DNA from: Candidatus Coprovivens sp.
GTDB taxonomy: Bacteria; Bacillota_I; Bacilli_A; RF39; UBA660
Direction: 5' to 3'
DNA: 64,000 nucleotides
Assembly: GCA_051892935.1 (NCBI GenBank)
Contig: JBJFGS010000031.1
Location: 32,001 to 96,000, forward strand
A model generated the notes under the pieces. The model was not told where the DNA came from. It saw only the letters and a program-made list of their open reading frames with translations, and ran no database searches. The stretch's first letter is position 1. Each line of letters opens with the position of its first letter. A program made the position numbers and the translations under genes. Shown here one piece after another: positions 61,684 to 64,000 of this stretch.

Positions 61684-62199
61684 ATGTTTATTGATTTTAA
61701 AAGGGAAGTTATTGATTACTTAGATTTACAAGAATACTTAAAAGAAAATGATATTAATTTACCAAAATATAGAGTAGCTGTTATTTCTTTAATGATGGAT
61801 GAAAATAAGAGAATTCTATTACAGAGAAGAGGTCCAAAATCGAGAGATGAATTTGGTAAATTAGAAGATATAGGTGGAGCTTTCGAGGAAAGTGATAATA
61901 CTTTTAAGGAAGCTATGAATAGAGAAATACTAGAAGAGGTTGGTAATGAAATTAATTATTCGATTGATCAATTAGTAGGTGCTTGCTTGGTTAAGAAATA
62001 TGATTCTAGAACAAATCAAGATGTTAATTGGTTATTTCTTTTATATAAATGTACTTATATAGGTGGAATTCTTAAAATAAATGAGCCTGGTAAGTGTTTG
62101 GGATATGAATTTTATAAATATGATGAATTACCTAAAGATGAAGTTGCATCTACTACATTGTCTTTTTGGAATTTCTATTATAGTAAGTGTGATATGTAG
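61684..62199 (+). CDS. NUDIX hydrolase
   Basis: GGAFEESDNTFKEAMNREILEEVG Nudix box. Confidence 0.85.
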   Translation: MFIDFKREVIDYLDLQEYLKENDINLPKYRVAVISLMMDENKRILLQRRGPKSRDEFGKLEDIGGAFEESDNTFKEAMNREILEEVGNEINYSIDQLVGACLVKKYDSRTNQDVNWLFLLYKCTYIGGILKINEPGKCLGYEFYKYDELPKDEVASTTLSFWNFYYSKCDM

Positions 62200-62270
62200 A
62201 AAAATTTTATATTAAGAAAACTGCTTTGGCAGTTTTTTGCATTTCTTAATAATAATTGTTAATACTATAA

Positions 62271-63743
62271 ATGATGAAAAAGATGGAAATTAAAAGTATT
62301 TGGACTAAAGATATTCATTTAAAAGAAGTAAATAGTTTAAAAGATAATATAGATGTTGATGTTTTAATAATAGGAGGAGGATTAACAGGAATAAGTTGTG
62401 CTTATTATTTGAAAGATAATAATTTAAAAATAGCTGTTGTAGAAAAAAATAATGTCGGAATGGGAGTTACTTCTAGAACAACAGGTAAAATAAATTATTT
62501 ACAAGAAACAATTTACTCTGATTTAGAGGAGAGATATTCGTATGAAGTTGCTAAAAGGTATTATGAATCACAGGTATTAGCTATTGATGAATTTAAAAGA
62601 ATTATTAAAAATGAAGAGATAAATTGTAATTTTGAACAAGTAAAATCTTATATTTTCACTAATAAAAGTAGTGAAGTTGATAATATTAAATTGGAAGAAA
62701 ATATTTTAGAGTCTTTTGGTGTTGAAGTTAATAGATATACTTTTATGGATAATGATTTGAAGTGTAAATATGCAATATCTGTTAATGATACTTATACATA
62801 TCATCCTTTAAAATTTTTATATTCTTTGAGAAATATTATAGAGAGCCAAGGAATTAATATTTATGAAAAAACTGAGATAATTGAAATTGTAAAAAAGAGT
62901 GATAGTTATATTTGTTACACTAAAGATAATAAGATAGTAGCTAAAAAAGTTATTATAGCTTGTCATTATCCTTTTTTCTTGAAACCTTATATGATGCCTT
63001 TAAAAGTTTATACAGAAAAATCATATATAGTTGTAGGTAAAACTAATGATTATAAAAGAGAATCTTTAATAACTACATCTATGCCTGTTAAGTCAATTAG
63101 ATATTTTGGTAATAAATATGTTTTTTATTTGGGTAATTCACATAATATATGTAATAAATTGAATGAAGTTGAAAATTTTAATAATACATTAAGAGAAGCT
63201 CAAATGTTAGGTATTAAAGCAGAATATATATGGTCTAATGACGATATGATGAGTATTGATAGAATACCATATATTGGAAGATTAGAAAAAGATAATGAAA
63301 ACTTGTTAATCGGAACAGCTTATAGTACATGGGGAATGACTAATGGATTACTTGCTGGTTACATACTTAGTAATATGGTAAATGGGAAAAGAACAGATTA
63401 TGATGATATATTTGATCCATTAAGAGTATGCTCCTTAGATTGTTTTTTAAATATGGGAAGTAGTATAAAGAGTTTTATTCAAAATAAAGTTGTTAAAAAT
63501 AAAGAGTGGTATAGTAATAGAATAAAATATGAAACTAGAAATGGAAAAAAAGTGGCAGTTTATATTGATGATAATAAGGAATATGTAGTATTAAGTAATT
63601 GTCCTCATATGGGATGTACTTTAATATTTAATGAAATAGAGAAAACTTGGGATTGTCCTTGTCATGCATCTAAATTTGATTTAAATGGTAAATGTATAAA
63701 AGGACCTAGTAGTTATGATATAAGTTATAGAGAAGAATCTTAG
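62271..63743 (+). CDS. FAD-dependent oxidoreductase with C-terminal Rieske domain (YhfW-like)
   Basis: IIGGGLTG; CPHMGC and WDCPCHASKF. Confidence 0.9.
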   Translation: MMKKMEIKSIWTKDIHLKEVNSLKDNIDVDVLIIGGGLTGISCAYYLKDNNLKIAVVEKNNVGMGVTSRTTGKINYLQETIYSDLEERYSYEVAKRYYESQVLAIDEFKRIIKNEEINCNFEQVKSYIFTNKSSEVDNIKLEENILESFGVEVNRYTFMDNDLKCKYAISVNDTYTYHPLKFLYSLRNIIESQGINIYEKTEIIEIVKKSDSYICYTKDNKIVAKKVIIACHYPFFLKPYMMPLKVYTEKSYIVVGKTNDYKRESLITTSMPVKSIRYFGNKYVFYLGNSHNICNKLNEVENFNNTLREAQMLGIKAEYIWSNDDMMSIDRIPYIGRLEKDNENLLIGTAYSTWGMTNGLLAGYILSNMVNGKRTDYDDIFDPLRVCSLDCFLNMGSSIKSFIQNKVVKNKEWYSNRIKYETRNGKKVAVYIDDNKEYVVLSNCPHMGCTLIFNEIEKTWDCPCHASKFDLNGKCIKGPSSYDISYREES

Positions 63744-63780
63744 GATTCTTTTTTTGTGATATACTAAGTGGGGTGGTAGT

Positions 63781-64000
63781 ATGAATCAAGAGTTAATGGG
63801 AGAGTTTATTGCTCAAGGAAGAAAAAATAAAGGGTTAACTCAGGAACAATTAGCTGAAAAAATCAATGTTGATAGAACAGTTGTCTCAAGATGGGAAAGA
63901 GGTATTTCTGCTCCTGATATTTTTTTATTAAAAGATTTAGCTGAAATTTTAAATGTTAGTGTTGTAGAACTTCTGAACTGTAAAAAAGATGAAAAGATTT
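63781..64000 (+). CDS. XRE-family HTH regulator (truncated by window end)
   Basis: MNQELMGEFIAQGRKNKGLTQEQLAEKINVDRTVVSRWERG translated by hand. Confidence 0.85.
   Translation, partial: MNQELMGEFIAQGRKNKGLTQEQLAEKINVDRTVVSRWERGISAPDIFLLKDLAEILNVSVVELLNCKKDEKI

Overview
Low-GC chromosomal window read with translation table 11 (TGA is used as a stop, e.g. at the cas2/csn2 ATGA overlap). All credible protein genes are on the + strand. Gene content suggests an uncultured gut Bacilli/RF39-like Firmicute (inference). 1-5.1 kb: sortase-type surface protein and a SipW/TasA-like operon. 5.3-25 kb: defence/accessory island with Fic, an MqsR-like/Panacea TA pair, an AlbA2-ATPase, a HEPN protein, a DUF5655 nuclease, a type IC R-M system whose hsdS has a (GACAA)23 tract in front of a silent third TRD, a TPR gene between two triple-hairpin repeats, and topoisomerase III. 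25.7-33.7 kb: complete type II-A CRISPR-Cas (tracrRNA, cas9, cas1, cas2, csn2, 28 repeats/27 spacers). 34-64 kb: mostly core/metabolic genes (T-box aspS-aspS2, mtnN, MarR-ABC exporter, Q-salvage). Most notable and absent from the ORF track: a ~400-bp type I toxin-antitoxin-like module (21-aa hydrophobic peptide plus convergent antisense RNA) occurs three times. Two copies directly bracket the CRISPR-Cas locus and each starts ~10 bp after a CRISPR-repeat-like sequence. Upstream of cas9 that sequence is a degenerate repeat/tracr paralog with its own predicted promoter and terminator, able to pair with tracrRNA. This is a candidate Cas9-linked toxin/regulatory RNA system.
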